DNA of 51,029 nt, the filler included, from Bipalium vagum (taxonomy: Eukaryota): assembly GCA_037834085.1 (NCBI GenBank). It is 3 parts of 3 records of this genome, joined end to end, with 100 filler letters (N's around TTAATTAATTAA, not from the genome) between each part and the next. Parts side by side here need not be neighbours in the genome. Positions count along the whole stretch, not along the records: positions 16,742 to 33,020 come from JBBMKC010118543.1; positions 33,121 to 51,029 come from JBBMKC010046879.1; 1 more part is not named here. One strand, written 5' to 3'. A program made the position numbers and the translations under genes. Below are positions 23,590 through 34,634 of this stretch, in pieces. Under the pieces are notes generated by a model, which worked only from the letters and a program-made list of their open reading frames with translations, did not search any database and was not told where the DNA came from. The first letter of the stretch is position 1, and the number at the start of each line of letters is the position of its first letter.

Positions 23590-24010
23590 ATCTTTACTTT
23601 TAAAGACTTGGGTCATTATTATTAACATCTCTTTCGCAAACGCTCTACAGATAATAATCTAAAGGATTAATCTCCAGTGATGTAAGAGCCCACATATCCT
23701 TTGGCCAGAATTCAGGAACATTAGCCCAGAGAAAATCTTGATCCTTCTTGGCATTATGTGCGGGTGCACCGTATTGTTGGAATATAAAATGACGTCTATT
23801 GTTCACGTTCTTCATCTATGCACAATGACGTTCCTCAAAACCTCTAAGTATACATCACTGTTTATCTTTAAGCCCTGAGAAAAGAAATAAGGGCCCACGA
23901 TATGCCCTTCATTGCTGACAACACCCAAAACCATAGTTGTAGTGAGAAATTTAATACGTTAACAACATAATAATAACATAAGTAAGAGGGTCAGTAGAGG
24001 GTCACGAGCT
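23590..24010 (-). mobile_element. maT (DD37D-type) catalytic-domain fragment
   Basis: TMVLGVVSNEGHIVGP/YFFSQGLKINSDVYLEVLRNV, FIFQQYGAPAHNAKK, EFWPK and LTSLEINPLDYY. Confidence 0.8.
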
Positions 24011-24789
24011 AATAGTTACACGGTTTTCATAATATTATAAAACGTCACAATTGTTTCATACTTATAGTATATCAAATTTCATTAAGTCCAATCCAATCAT
24101 TAAGCTATTTATTCCAAGCCAAGGTTAATATGCTCAGAAAGTGTGATGTAAATGTTTTAATGATAAAAAAGGGTTTTATTGTCAAATCAAACCTGAAATC
24201 AGTATCAGTAAATATCGGATTTGAGTTATGTTGCTCTCAAAACTTATTCTCACTGATAACAATAAAATTATAAAAAATAAAATATTAGGAAAATTGAAAA
24301 GTAAAAATTATTTTTCGGTTTCACTTATGAAAAACAGAAAAGTAAAGATTTGAATAATTTTTTCTTTAAAGAAAACGTAGAAAAAAATGTCCATGAAATA
24401 TTTATTATTACATATTTTTGGAAACGAATAATGATTATAATATTAAGATTGGATGTGGTTAATCAATAATTCTACTTTAGTATCTTATAAAATTATGTAA
24501 AGAGAAAATATAATTTAAAATTAAATCCTGGATATAAAAAAAGTATTAATGGATTTTATCTCGGAAAATCATTAATTGTTTTAATTAAAAAGAAGATAAA
24601 ACTAAAATTAGAAAAAATATATAATGAAAAAATTTAATTTCACTCCTTATTTCATTTTACTTTACGAAAAAATTTAATTTTTTTAATTAAATTGTGCACA
24701 TCTTTTTCAAGTTGCTGAGAAATGTAGAGTTTTTACCTTTTCAAGGTTTAATTTTCTAAAAATATTAATAATTTATTATTAATAAAATA

Positions 24790-25110
24790 TAATATTATGT
24801 TCAAAACGTTAGGTGACTGTCAAAATAAAACACGTAATGTTCATTTAATCACCAAAATTTATTTTGTCTCTTTCAAAGTACTTTACGCCTGCCGCGATAC
24901 ACATGTGTCAACGTTTAATCCAATTCAGAAAGTACTTCTCGGAATGTTAATAAGTTCGTATTTGGATTTTTGTTTTACTGATTCAACTTGATCAAATCTG
25001 GTTCCTCGAAGGGGCTTCTTTAATCTATTGAACAGAAACAAGTCACAAGGTGACATATCTGAAGAAAATGGTGCACACAAAATAACATTTATTGAATTTT
25101 TGGTGAATTT
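24790..25110 (-). mobile_element. Mariner 3' fragment (irritans-like)
   Basis: APFSSDMSPCDLFLFNRL/KPLRGTRF ... HMCIAAGVKYFE on the minus strand. Confidence 0.7.
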
Positions 25111-25265
25111 TAATCACCATACACATAAGTACCGCAATTTTTTTAAGGTTATGTTGTGAACAACTACCACAAAAAATCAAATATCTTAAAGTAGATTAAA
25201 AGATTTTTTAATCTGAAAAAGTATTTAAATTTTCAAAATAAATTTAAAATGCTAATAATAAATAA

Positions 25266-25267
<2 letters not shown>

Positions 25268-25336
<69 letters not shown>

Positions 25337-25350
25337 AAGAAGAAGAAGAA
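25268..25350. repeat. Compound (AAT)n(AAG)n microsatellite
   Basis: An AAT run switches directly to an AAG run. Confidence 0.95.
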
Positions 25351-27610
25351 TAATCATATATACATTTGATAATTTTGAAATGAACATTTTTTAGAAAAAC
25401 CTAGAAGAAAACCCCATTTTAATGGAATTTCAAAAGTTTTGGTGGGTAGTTTCAAAAACAGAGTACTATGAAAATGAAAGTCATTTTAAAATCTTTATGA
25501 TGACTGATAATTATTAAACTTACAAACAACAAATCAATGAATCTAAAACGGAATGAATCCTTACAATTTTAGGAACATGACAAAATTGAGAACTTCGTTA
25601 TAGGCTGCACCTTAATACTTCAAGTATTATTGGTGTTAAAAAGAAAGAAAAGATATATTCATTTGTTCGAAAAGTCACTTTATTTTTTAGTAAAAGGCGA
25701 AATGACTTTCCGAACAACCTTTTCATTTGTTGAGTCTTCTATGTTTTTTATTTAAACAAATCCCATTTCTTAACCTATATAAACTTACTTTAGATATTCA
25801 GATTAAAAATAAAATTCAGATTTAAAATAAATTGTTATTTTGACCTTATTTCAAATATAACTAACGTTACTGTTTACCTTAATTTAGAACAAGATTAATG
25901 CACCATCATAAATATCATTTGAGGTCTTCTAAAGAAGTTATCATTTAAGAATAACGAGTTGCAAATTTATAAAGATGTTTTAATTCTAAAATGGACCTAT
26001 TTTAGAAAATTAAATTTTACATTGTGCAGGTAATTCTAAAAATCAATTTTCTTAATTTTAAAATATTGTTCCTTCTTGAAAAATTGGAAAACTTTTTTAT
26101 ATTTAAATTCATTAATAATGCTTGTTTGAAATCTCTCTTCAATTCCGTAACCCCTCTAAGAGGTGATAAACTATTTTATTATTTGTTATATTGTTCAATC
26201 TGATATTTTTAGAGTTATTAATTATTTATTTTATTTTAAATAAAATTTTATTGGCTATAAAAAAAATTATTTTTGTTAAAAGATTTTGATAAATTTCAGA
26301 TTTGATATTTCGAAATAACAAAGGCAAATATTTTTAAACAACATATCCCTAAGTTTTTGTGGAGTTTTCATTTTATGAAACATTATTTTTCACTTATTTC
26401 CATATCATTTTTAATCTCTTACTTTATTGTTTTCGAATTTTATTATTTTCAAGATATGTTTTGATGTTAAATGTGCGAACCTCTAAAACAGCGCTTTTAA
26501 GCATAATGTTCTTGGATTAATGTTCTTTTTAAATTCACGTCCTTTTGTATGTGTTATAAAGTCTCCTTACACCTCATGGTTCCTGGACAACAGTATTAAA
26601 TGAAGTCGAACAAATATTCTGTATCCAATAAATTCAAGACGCGATCAATCCAATATTTGACATTTATAAACTGAAATTTTATTAATGCACTTGCACTTGA
26701 TAATTTTACATTTGCGTCTCCATGAAATATTATTTTATATCGTTTATTTTCCTTTATGCAAACAGGATTGTACATATTTTTCAAAATAAGCGCTTTCAAA
26801 TTTTTAAAAACGGAAAAATAATTTTTTTAGATATTTTTTAAACGGAATTCTTTTAGTGAGGCGGCGTAAAATTGACACCAGTTGTCTGATCAGCATAAAA
26901 TAATTTGTATGACTAAGACACAGCTCAAAATGTATACTGGCGAGTAAGACTAATAATAAATGCGGAAAAAGTCGAACTGTTCTTATTGTCGCTCAATATC
27001 CATCAATTCGTGAAATTACAACAAAACAACGCCTCAGATGTATCAAACTGTCACGCAGTTAATTATCTGGTTTAATGAGCTATAAGCAAGTTACATACCA
27101 ATATTTTATGCTTGTTTACTAAGAATGTTTAAAAATACGATTAAAAACAGCAAAAAGTATTTGTAGGATCATTAAAAGTAAAGTTCATGCGATATTACTT
27201 TCTTTACAAAAAATTATGTGTAAGCAGTTCGATAATAGTATCACATATGATAAAATTTTAATTTAATTCAATGTTCTTTTAAAAATTCATTAATTCATTG
27301 AAGCCCGTTTAATATCATTTCTTTAATTTTCTTGAATGGTTTAGATGGATACAAATTTGCAGTCCAGTGAAACTTAATGGGTGATGATTTACAGACCGTT
27401 ACATATCAAGCATGTTTTCCAGATAGAACTACAAGCATCCATATACTGCATAAATATGTATAAGTCAACTCAAAAAAAATATAGATCGTTTAACATTTTC
27501 GAAAATTCTTTTATTTTATATGAAGCAAATATTGATTAAAAAACATTTTTAACTAATAGAGGATTATTATCACTAACGGATTTTGCCGAAGTATCAAAAG
27601 AAAGATAATA

Positions 27611-28750
27611 CAGTCGAACCTCTATTTAACGATGCTTGAGCGCGATCCCGACAAAAAAGGTAAAGGGAAACCTTAAATAAAATCTCTAATTAACGACATT
27701 ATTTTTAATAACAAATAAACATTTACATTAAATTTAACCTTTATTTAACGACACGTAATTTGTTTTAATTTTTTAAAATCATTAAGCAAACATTTCAAAT
27801 TATGATTTATATATATTATGATTTATGTATTTATTGATTCATCATTATTTATTCATAATTATTGATATTTAGTTCATTTATATTTGTAGAAATAGAATTC
27901 CGTGTATTGGAGCCAAAACATTTAAAGAGACGCATCTTGAGATCGTATAAAAAAACAGATTATCGAAATTGCATCTAAGATTTCTAGCCATACAGAATTG
28001 GCCAAACGTTTTGGAGTTCCCAGAACCACCATTATTGGGATTCTAAATTCCAAGACATCAATCTAAAATGCCACTATGGTAGATGGTAATGGGCTAAAAC
28101 GAAAAAGAATATTTCAAAGTCTACATGAATGTCTCGATCAGGTGATTCTAATGTGGTTTAAACAATCTAAAAACCACAACATTCCAGTCACTGGCCTTCT
28201 TTTACAGGAAAAAGCCAGAACTCTTGCAACAGCTTTAAATATAAACGACTTTCAGGCAAGCAACGGATGGCTTCAAAAGTTTTTGCAACGTCATTCCATC
28301 GACTTCAAGTGCTTTCAAGGAGATGCTGGTTCAATTAATATAACTGATTTCAATAATTGGTAGCAAGATGTGCTCCAAGAAAATATTGGGCAATATTATC
28401 CAAATGATGAATTCAAGGTGGACGAAACTGGTCTTTTCTGGAAACTGTTGCCGGAAAAGACTCTGACTTTCAGAGGAGAACGATATACGACAGGCAAAAT
28501 GAGTAAAGAGAGAATAACAGTTTTGGTTAATGATGAAAGTGGTGATTTAGATAAATCAGAATTAGCTCCTGTTTTAGCTAAGGCAGCATTTAACACTATG
28601 GAAATTGTGCGACGTTATATGCAAGAAAATGTTGATGATCCAGTGATAATTAATGCTTGTGATATTATTTATAATGCTTCATGATATTAATTCTAAAAAT
28701 CAATTAAAAGAAATGAAACAAACAACTTTATTTGATTTCAATAACTAAAG
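27611..28750 (+). mobile_element. pogo/Tigger transposon, internally deleted, right TIR not found
   Basis: TA followed by the TIR CAGTCGAACCTCTATTTAACGA, with subterminal TTAACGAC repeats. HTH ELAKRFGVPRTTI. CENP-B HTH (WFKQ..IPVTG.LLQEKA..FQASNGWLQKF). DETGLFWKLLPEKTL..KMSKERITVLV is joined directly to a C-terminal tail. Confidence 0.9.
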
Positions 28751-29666
28751 GATTACCTAGATTGTGATCGATCGATAAAAATGTGGATTTTAATAAAGTA
28801 TCATAATAAAATCGATCTTGGCAGAAACGTAAACTTTTGTAAAAATTATTTCAATCGATTCATCGTTTATGTGATTATAAATATGCCTTGATAAACCACA
28901 ATCTTTTCTCTCACTATTTAATTATTGGAGCCAGTGTGTTAGTTGATAAAAGATTTTTTGAACTACGCTAACCCATTTTCATTAACTATGTTTACATAAT
29001 AATATTACATAATAGTAAAATGGTACTTGATTTAAGATAAACCAAAATTATAAACTTACAAAGATACATATTTTTATATAGTTAATTTAGATAAACATTT
29101 TCCTAACCACCATTAGATGTGAAGGTACAGATAAGGAAGTTTTAGTATTATATTACACATCAGCCTTTTATGAACCATCTTAATCAGAAGTATTTATATC
29201 ATTCTGAATTTTTATTAATATTGTTATTTGTTAAAGAAAGATTATTAAAGAAAGTGTCAACAGTGATAGAAAAAAATGTATTGATATAGAGTAAAATTAG
29301 ATCTGTTCAATCAATATTTTTCGTTAAAAGTGAGAAAAATTATGCTAAAATTCAAAGATTAATATATTTTTATTTGAATAAGATTTGCTGTTCAAGTGTC
29401 ATCGGATGGACAGTCCTGAAGTATCATGTCAAACTCCATAATTTTCCGAAGGTGCTGCCTCGCATTGTGTTAACATTTTTCCAGACTTTACACACTCCCT
29501 ATTTTCTAATGCAAATGACTATGGAGATCAGTCAAATTTTCATTAAAAACGATTTAATATTACCCTAATATATGAGAAATATTATTCACTTTATATCAGC
29601 ATATTATGTACTACTCTTATTTTTCAGTAATCAGTTTTACAAATATGAACAAAATAAAAATACTTC

Positions 29667-29670
<4 letters not shown>

Positions 29671-29717
<47 letters not shown>
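29671..29717. repeat. (TAT)n microsatellite
   Basis: About 15 units. It accounts for the poly-Ile ORF 29606-29794. Confidence 0.95.
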
Positions 29718-32599
29718 GTTTAAAAAAGCCTCTATTTTATTGGTATAGATTCAAAGTTAAATACATTTACATGTTCAAAGAACTTGTTTTGTAACTAAGG
29801 TAACTCATTGAGTAATCATTTGACACTCTTCCTTTAAATGAATCATTTAATAAAATATTATTTTAGGGTTAAATCATTACATAAGTTTTTAGAAACATCA
29901 ATATAATTCTGAAATCTAATATCAAGCCAAAGTCTTTTATGATAAATATAAGAAAATTACTGCATCCAGGTAGAGCTGCTTATACTTCGCTATCCGTAAC
30001 TTATTTATTTTGTCGAATTTGCTCAAATAGTTAAAAAATAAGTTAAATTAATTAAAAAAAAGAGTGTTTTGCATAAGCAGCAAAGAGTACATTTCATTTT
30101 TAACAATTTCATTACACTGTCATAAATTATCAATTATGGATTTTCGGATTAAGTTCATCTTCAGTTGAAACATTTAAATAATGCTCCACAAACTCAGTCA
30201 TTTTTTTTCACTGAAAGGCTAAACATCTATTGGTCATAAGTTAAGATTTTCAATATATGTGGGTTTTTTTTCACAAACCCTCTTACAGTTCGGACAGTAA
30301 CTTTGATAGATTATCTTTTTTTAATAATTAATATTTTAGACTTTGGAAATAATAATAAATCATTCAAAACTTTTTGTACTTGAAATTTTTAAATTGTCTA
30401 GAGTGCGACCTGAACTTTTAATTACTATATTGTCTTTTAAATTCTCGAAACAAAATCTCGTAGAATTTACAGTGTGACTTAATATATCGATTGAGGTAAA
30501 AGTATTGCAGCTTTTTCATATACTTACTTTAAAGCGAAAATACCGACTGATATTTGTATATTTATTGATAAACAATAATAAGGTAGGTAAGCCTCTTTAA
30601 AATTAAAGTTATTTATTATTTTAGATTTGTTTTAATAATATTAAACGTTATTTATAACTACGGCGAAAATTTGAACTTGATTACTTATTGAATAAAAGTT
30701 ATGAATATAAGAAAATAATTTATTTAAAAATATGACTAAAATTACTTAAGTAGTGGACATATCCTCAAGAAAATCTTAAATGTGTACTTTGACAGATTTA
30801 AAAGAACGAAGTTTTTTCTGCCACCATATTAAGATGTTAATTATTAAAATTTATTTTGAGGTTAACTTTTAATTAATTTTTATTTTGTACCGGGTTTTTT
30901 GTATGCCCCAAAACTGTTCAATTTTGACATTTGGCTTTAATTAAGCTTGACAGGTTTCAAATATGGTTTTAGATAAATTTTAAATCACCATGAGGAATTA
31001 TAAAATTCTTCCGAAATGGTCTCGTCATATTTTTATAAATCCCTTTTCATGTTCTGCAACAGGCTTTTCAGAAAAGAAAAATGATACTTATAACTCATAT
31101 TTTTGCGAGGTATGCATGTGTTGTGGATAAATGTCCTTGGACTCGTACAGAAATACGAATGACATTTTTTATTACTGTTTATTTAAACCTTATAAATTAT
31201 ATTGGTTATTAGAATTTTTTTCAATATAAACACCTGCTTCCAGACAGTTTTTCAATTGATTTACAAATGAAATAGGACCATTTTAGAAGAAAAATGCATC
31301 ATTTTCATTGAGAAAATCTTTAAATTGGAATCCAAGCAAATAACTAGCAAGTTACATACTAACAGCAAATCTTACTAAACCTAATCAATAGAGTCTTTTT
31401 TTAAAAATGTCAATTGTTGAATAGAATAAGTTGAGTAAATCCAATACTATGAGATACACGATAATAATAATATTAATAATTAATAATAATAATAATTATT
31501 ATTTTTCTTATTATTATTATTATTATCAATCATGATGCACACTGAAAACATTTTTATTCATCAATAATATTTACAGAATGATAATAAATCCATTAAACTC
31601 TATTTTTCATATACTTCGTAAATAACTGAAAGAAAACTTTTATTTTATTTTCAATATTTTGGGTTATTAAATAATTAAATTGTTTAATTTACCAGTTCGA
31701 TAAAATGCTTCCTGTCTTATCTTTTATGCTATCAGAAATTAACAAATACATTTCACATTTAAAACAAATTATTATTATTATTATTACTATTATTTGTTAT
31801 TTTAGGAATAATTGAAACAAAGTTTAATGAAAATATTGATTTGAAAAATTATAAATTTAATGAATTGCGGATTTTGCAAAACCGCGAAATTTATTTTTCA
31901 TTACAGGGTACATTTGGCAAAAAATAATCAAAGGAAAGCGCAGTTCGTCAAAACTGCATTCTAATTTAATTTTATATTATATTATTAAAAATATTACAAA
32001 ATATTCATAACGTTAATAATATTCGAAATTCCACTGGAGAGTTATAATTCCTTTTTGGAATTATTATTATTATTATTTTAAATCTCGAAAATATTATATC
32101 TTAAAAATTACCATTTTTAAAACACCTCAAAGATTTTTTAATTCCAGGAAAAATTCTCTTTAATTTTAATGTAAAATTCTCGAAATAATTTTAATTTATT
32201 TATATTTCCATAAATTAAAATTGAATAATAAATTTTAATAAAAATTAAAAAATTAAACAAAAATTAATTTTAACAAATTTCAAATGTATTATTAAAACAA
32301 TAATTAAATAATTATAAAAACCTGTTACTATTTATTAAGAATGCAGAAAGTCATGTGAAAAAAATATTGATTTTGTTGTTATTTTTTGAAGACTTATTTT
32401 TTTTTACAAATGTAATAAGATCAGACTTTTTATTTACATACATATACCCCAATAATTATCCGTACGATTACAATACAAATAAAAAAATAACAATTTCACT
32501 AAAAAAGAAAACACTTATTATAAAATTCTATTGTTTCCAAGTATAATATTAAAATAAATATAATATTAAAAAAAATAATAATATTAATAATAGCTATCC

Positions 32600-33020
32600 C
32601 GGATATATAAAATAAGAATAATTTATAGGTAAATAGTTGTTTTTAGAATTGTAAGCATTAATTATTTTTGAATGTTCGAAAATGAGTAATACGAAAAGTA
32701 ACCAAATGAATACATTTATTATAAGCGTACAAAAAATTTGTATCAAAATTTTGTTTTTAATAATTAATTGGTCCACCCCTATTCTTGATGTTCATTTTAC
32801 ATTTCATATTCATCGAAGTATCAAATTTTTTGCAGAAATCTGGGTTAATTTGTTGCCATTCTTTCAAGATGTACTTTTTCAGTATGTCTTTTCCAGTAAT
32901 TTCTTTCTGACCCAAATACGTTAAATTTACACTCTAGACCAAAAACTTTATTCCAATCGGTTGAAGAGTTTAACAGTTCTCTTACCCATGCAACTCGTGC
33001 TTTCTGATTCATCTTCGAAA
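32600..33020 (-). mobile_element. Internally deleted Tc1 remnant, cut by the gap
   Basis: KARVAWVREL..DWNKV..KFNVFGS is joined to EWQQINPDFCKK..GPINY*. Confidence 0.7.
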
Positions 33021-33120
33021 NNNNNNNNNNNNNNNNNNNNNNNNNNNNNNNNNNNNNNNNNNNNTTAATTAATTAANNNNNNNNNNNNNNNNNNNNNNNN
33101 NNNNNNNNNNNNNNNNNNNN
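33021..33120. other. Scaffold gap with artificial six-frame stop linker
   Basis: N44-TTAATTAATTAA-N44. Confidence 0.97.
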
Positions 33121-33121
33121 T

Positions 33122-33362
33122 AGATGAGTTAGGTGGAGCACGTTATTTTAGCTCAATAGACCTGGGTAATGCTTATTATCAAGTTGAATTGGACAAAATC
33201 GCAAGAAAATACTGCTTATTCTACTAGAGATTGACAGTACTGCTTTAATAAAATGCCATTTGGCATTGCAGCGGCATCAAGAACGTTTCAAGAAGTAATG
33301 ACAAAGGTTATCGATAAAATCAAAGAACCTATGGTATATCTAGATGATATTCTGGTTTTTAG
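33122..33362 (+). mobile_element. Ty3/Gypsy reverse transcriptase fragment
   Basis: DELGGARYFSSIDLGNAYYQV / TAYSTRD*QYCFNKMPFGIAAASRTFQEVM..VYLDDILVF, containing the YLDD motif. Confidence 0.9.
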
Positions 33363-33417
33363 GAGCTAGACCCTTTCACATGCGCATAGATTGCTATGAC
33401 CGCTGAGCTATATCCCC
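33362..33417 (-). pseudogene. tRNA-Ala-like 5' fragment (tRNA pseudogene or SINE head)
   Basis: GGGGATATAGCTCAGCGGT...GCGCATGTGAAAGG resembles eukaryotic tRNA-Ala (GGGGATGTAGCTCAGTGGT...YGCATG). There is no intact T arm or 3' acceptor strand. Confidence 0.55.
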
Positions 33418-33428
33418 CGAATAAATTA

Positions 33429-33720
33429 TCAATTTACCTCACAGCCTACATGAAGAGATAAGGTGGGATTGATTGTACTTAGGTGGTTTAAAGAAGTTCT
33501 AAAATTTCTACACTGATCTGGAATTATCTTATGTTCAAAAATAAGGTTAAATATTTTTAGGAGGTAATCATGATGTAGATCAACAGTTTTCCACTCGTTG
33601 AAAGATATTCCATTGGATTCAGGGACAGAGAGTTTAAATTTTTTAAATGCTATCTCCAATTCAGTCATGGAGATAGACATAAACTTGCAAAAAGTAGGAA
33701 TTCATCTTCTCATGTGATTA
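33429..33720 (-). mobile_element. Non-LTR retrotransposon RT N-terminal (domain 0/1) fragment
   Basis: ISMTELEIAFKK..SVPESNGISF.EWK..LLKIFNLIF...IPDQCR.FRT.L corresponds to I...E....K..APG.DGI....W...L..IFN......IP..W. Confidence 0.7.
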
Positions 33721-34199
33721 AATTTAAGTTATCTTATTTCTACTTACTTTTATTGAAATTTGGAAAGGAAAGGACGATCAATATAAACTCAGGATAAATA
33801 TTTAACTCAAGAGACATGAATGACTTAGCAATAAAATGAAATGTCTAAAGTTGTTTTTCTGCACTTACCATTTCTATAGTGAGTACCAAATACACACAAT
33901 TCAGAGCTGTGTGAAGGCCAATAACGCAAATTATTAATATAGAAATCGTATTTTTACATTATTTTAAAATAATGCGCAATAATTTTTGAAATAAAAAGAA
34001 CAAAACACTTATATTGTATTATTAACATTGACGCTAAATTAATCTCACTGTGTGGTTTCATATTAATCTAAGAATGTTCCCACTAAATGCACTGACACAG
34101 TCTGTTACAAAGGATGATAAAGATAAAAGTGCAGAAGAAATATTAAACAACGAAAACAATTATTTACAAAATCTCAAGATTATTATCAATCAAGGCTGT

Positions 34200-34634
34200 T
34201 TAATCCAATTCTATTTGGTCTAAATCGAGCTCCTGGAATGAAGGATTTTGGTTGTAATTCATCAAATCTGAATTATTTGTTAATTGTCGAAAACAAAATC
34301 CAATTGACGAAACGTTATTAACCAAAGAATCACCAACAATTTCTGGAGGATCATCTGGATCGCGATATTCTGATCGAGATGACGACTCACAATCTGAATT
34401 TCCGATACAATTTTGGACATGAGCACCATTATTTGGATCCTCAGAATTAGTTGAATACGAATTTGTTGTCATACTTGAAGTTACACTCACACTACAACTA
34501 CCTGTACTCTGACGAGACTTAATAAAAGAGCGATCTTCCCAAAATTGTAATTGATCTCTTTCAGAACTCAGAGAAATATTGAACAATCCATCTGTATGAG
34601 AATGAAAATCAATTTTTGCTTTTGTACTTGATCT
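34200..34634 (-). CDS. FAM53: FAM53-like last coding exon
   Basis: tttttcag acceptor. Ends QELDLDQIELD*. Confidence 0.85.
   Translation of the reverse strand, partial: RSSTKAKIDFHSHTDGLFNISLSSERDQLQFWEDRSFIKSRQSTGSCSVSVTSSMTTNSYSTNSEDPNNGAHVQNCIGNSDCESSSRSEYRDPDDPPEIVGDSLVNNVSSIGFCFRQLTNNSDLMNYNQNPSFQELDLDQIELD

Larger units (their letters stand above)
20060..26030 (+). pseudogene. Insulin-receptor-like RTK pseudogene (paralog e): FnIII-1/2/3, TM, NPxY, kinase-like domain; split by at least four transposons
   Basis: FKILNLNQNFDYYTIIV (about 20325-20375). EIYISW..NP/NG..FIV..NYENYCRE (21950-22110; InsR FnIII-2 NYC/DYC motif). KCDV..KGFIV..KYRI*VM (24135-24240). TM-like IKIGCG*SIILL*YLIKLC. 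LNPGY (24521-24535), then WILSRKI. FWWVVSKTE..FMMTDNY (about 25435-25515; compare LGVVSK..VMEL). NGPILEN*ILHCA plus a GT donor (about 26030). All segments are in the expected order. Confidence 0.65.
27290..31320 (+). pseudogene. Insulin-receptor-like RTK pseudogene (paralog f): N-terminus/L domain to kinase-like C-terminus, interrupted by Tigger
   Basis: SLIFLNGLDG..QACFPDRTTSIHIL (27320-27460). LIEDY../CRSIK just before the Tigger. IKMWILIKYHNKIDLGRNVNFCKN (28765-28845). PPLDVKV (29107). ECFA..VINYQLWIFGLS (30060-30155). FKFSKQNL. YAPKLFNFDI (30902-30931), SSE/WS and DKCP. Terminal FQYKH.L..SF (about 31220). Confidence 0.55.

Noticed and set aside
28076-28684. Domesticated TIGD/CENP-B host gene
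   Set aside because: It has a TIR with TA, in-frame stops and a deleted catalytic core, so it is a defective Tigger.
29606-29794. Poly-Ile membrane peptide ORF
   Set aside because: It is produced by the (TAT)n microsatellite.
10375-31320. Stop-codon reassignment (e.g. TGA=Trp) making the receptor genes intact
   Set aside because: The segments also carry TAA/TAG stops, frameshifts and TE insertions, and FAM53 and the 9398 ORF read normally with TGG for Trp.
33362-33417. Functional tRNA-Ala gene
   Set aside because: It lacks the T arm and 3' acceptor strand, and the D and anticodon stems are disrupted.
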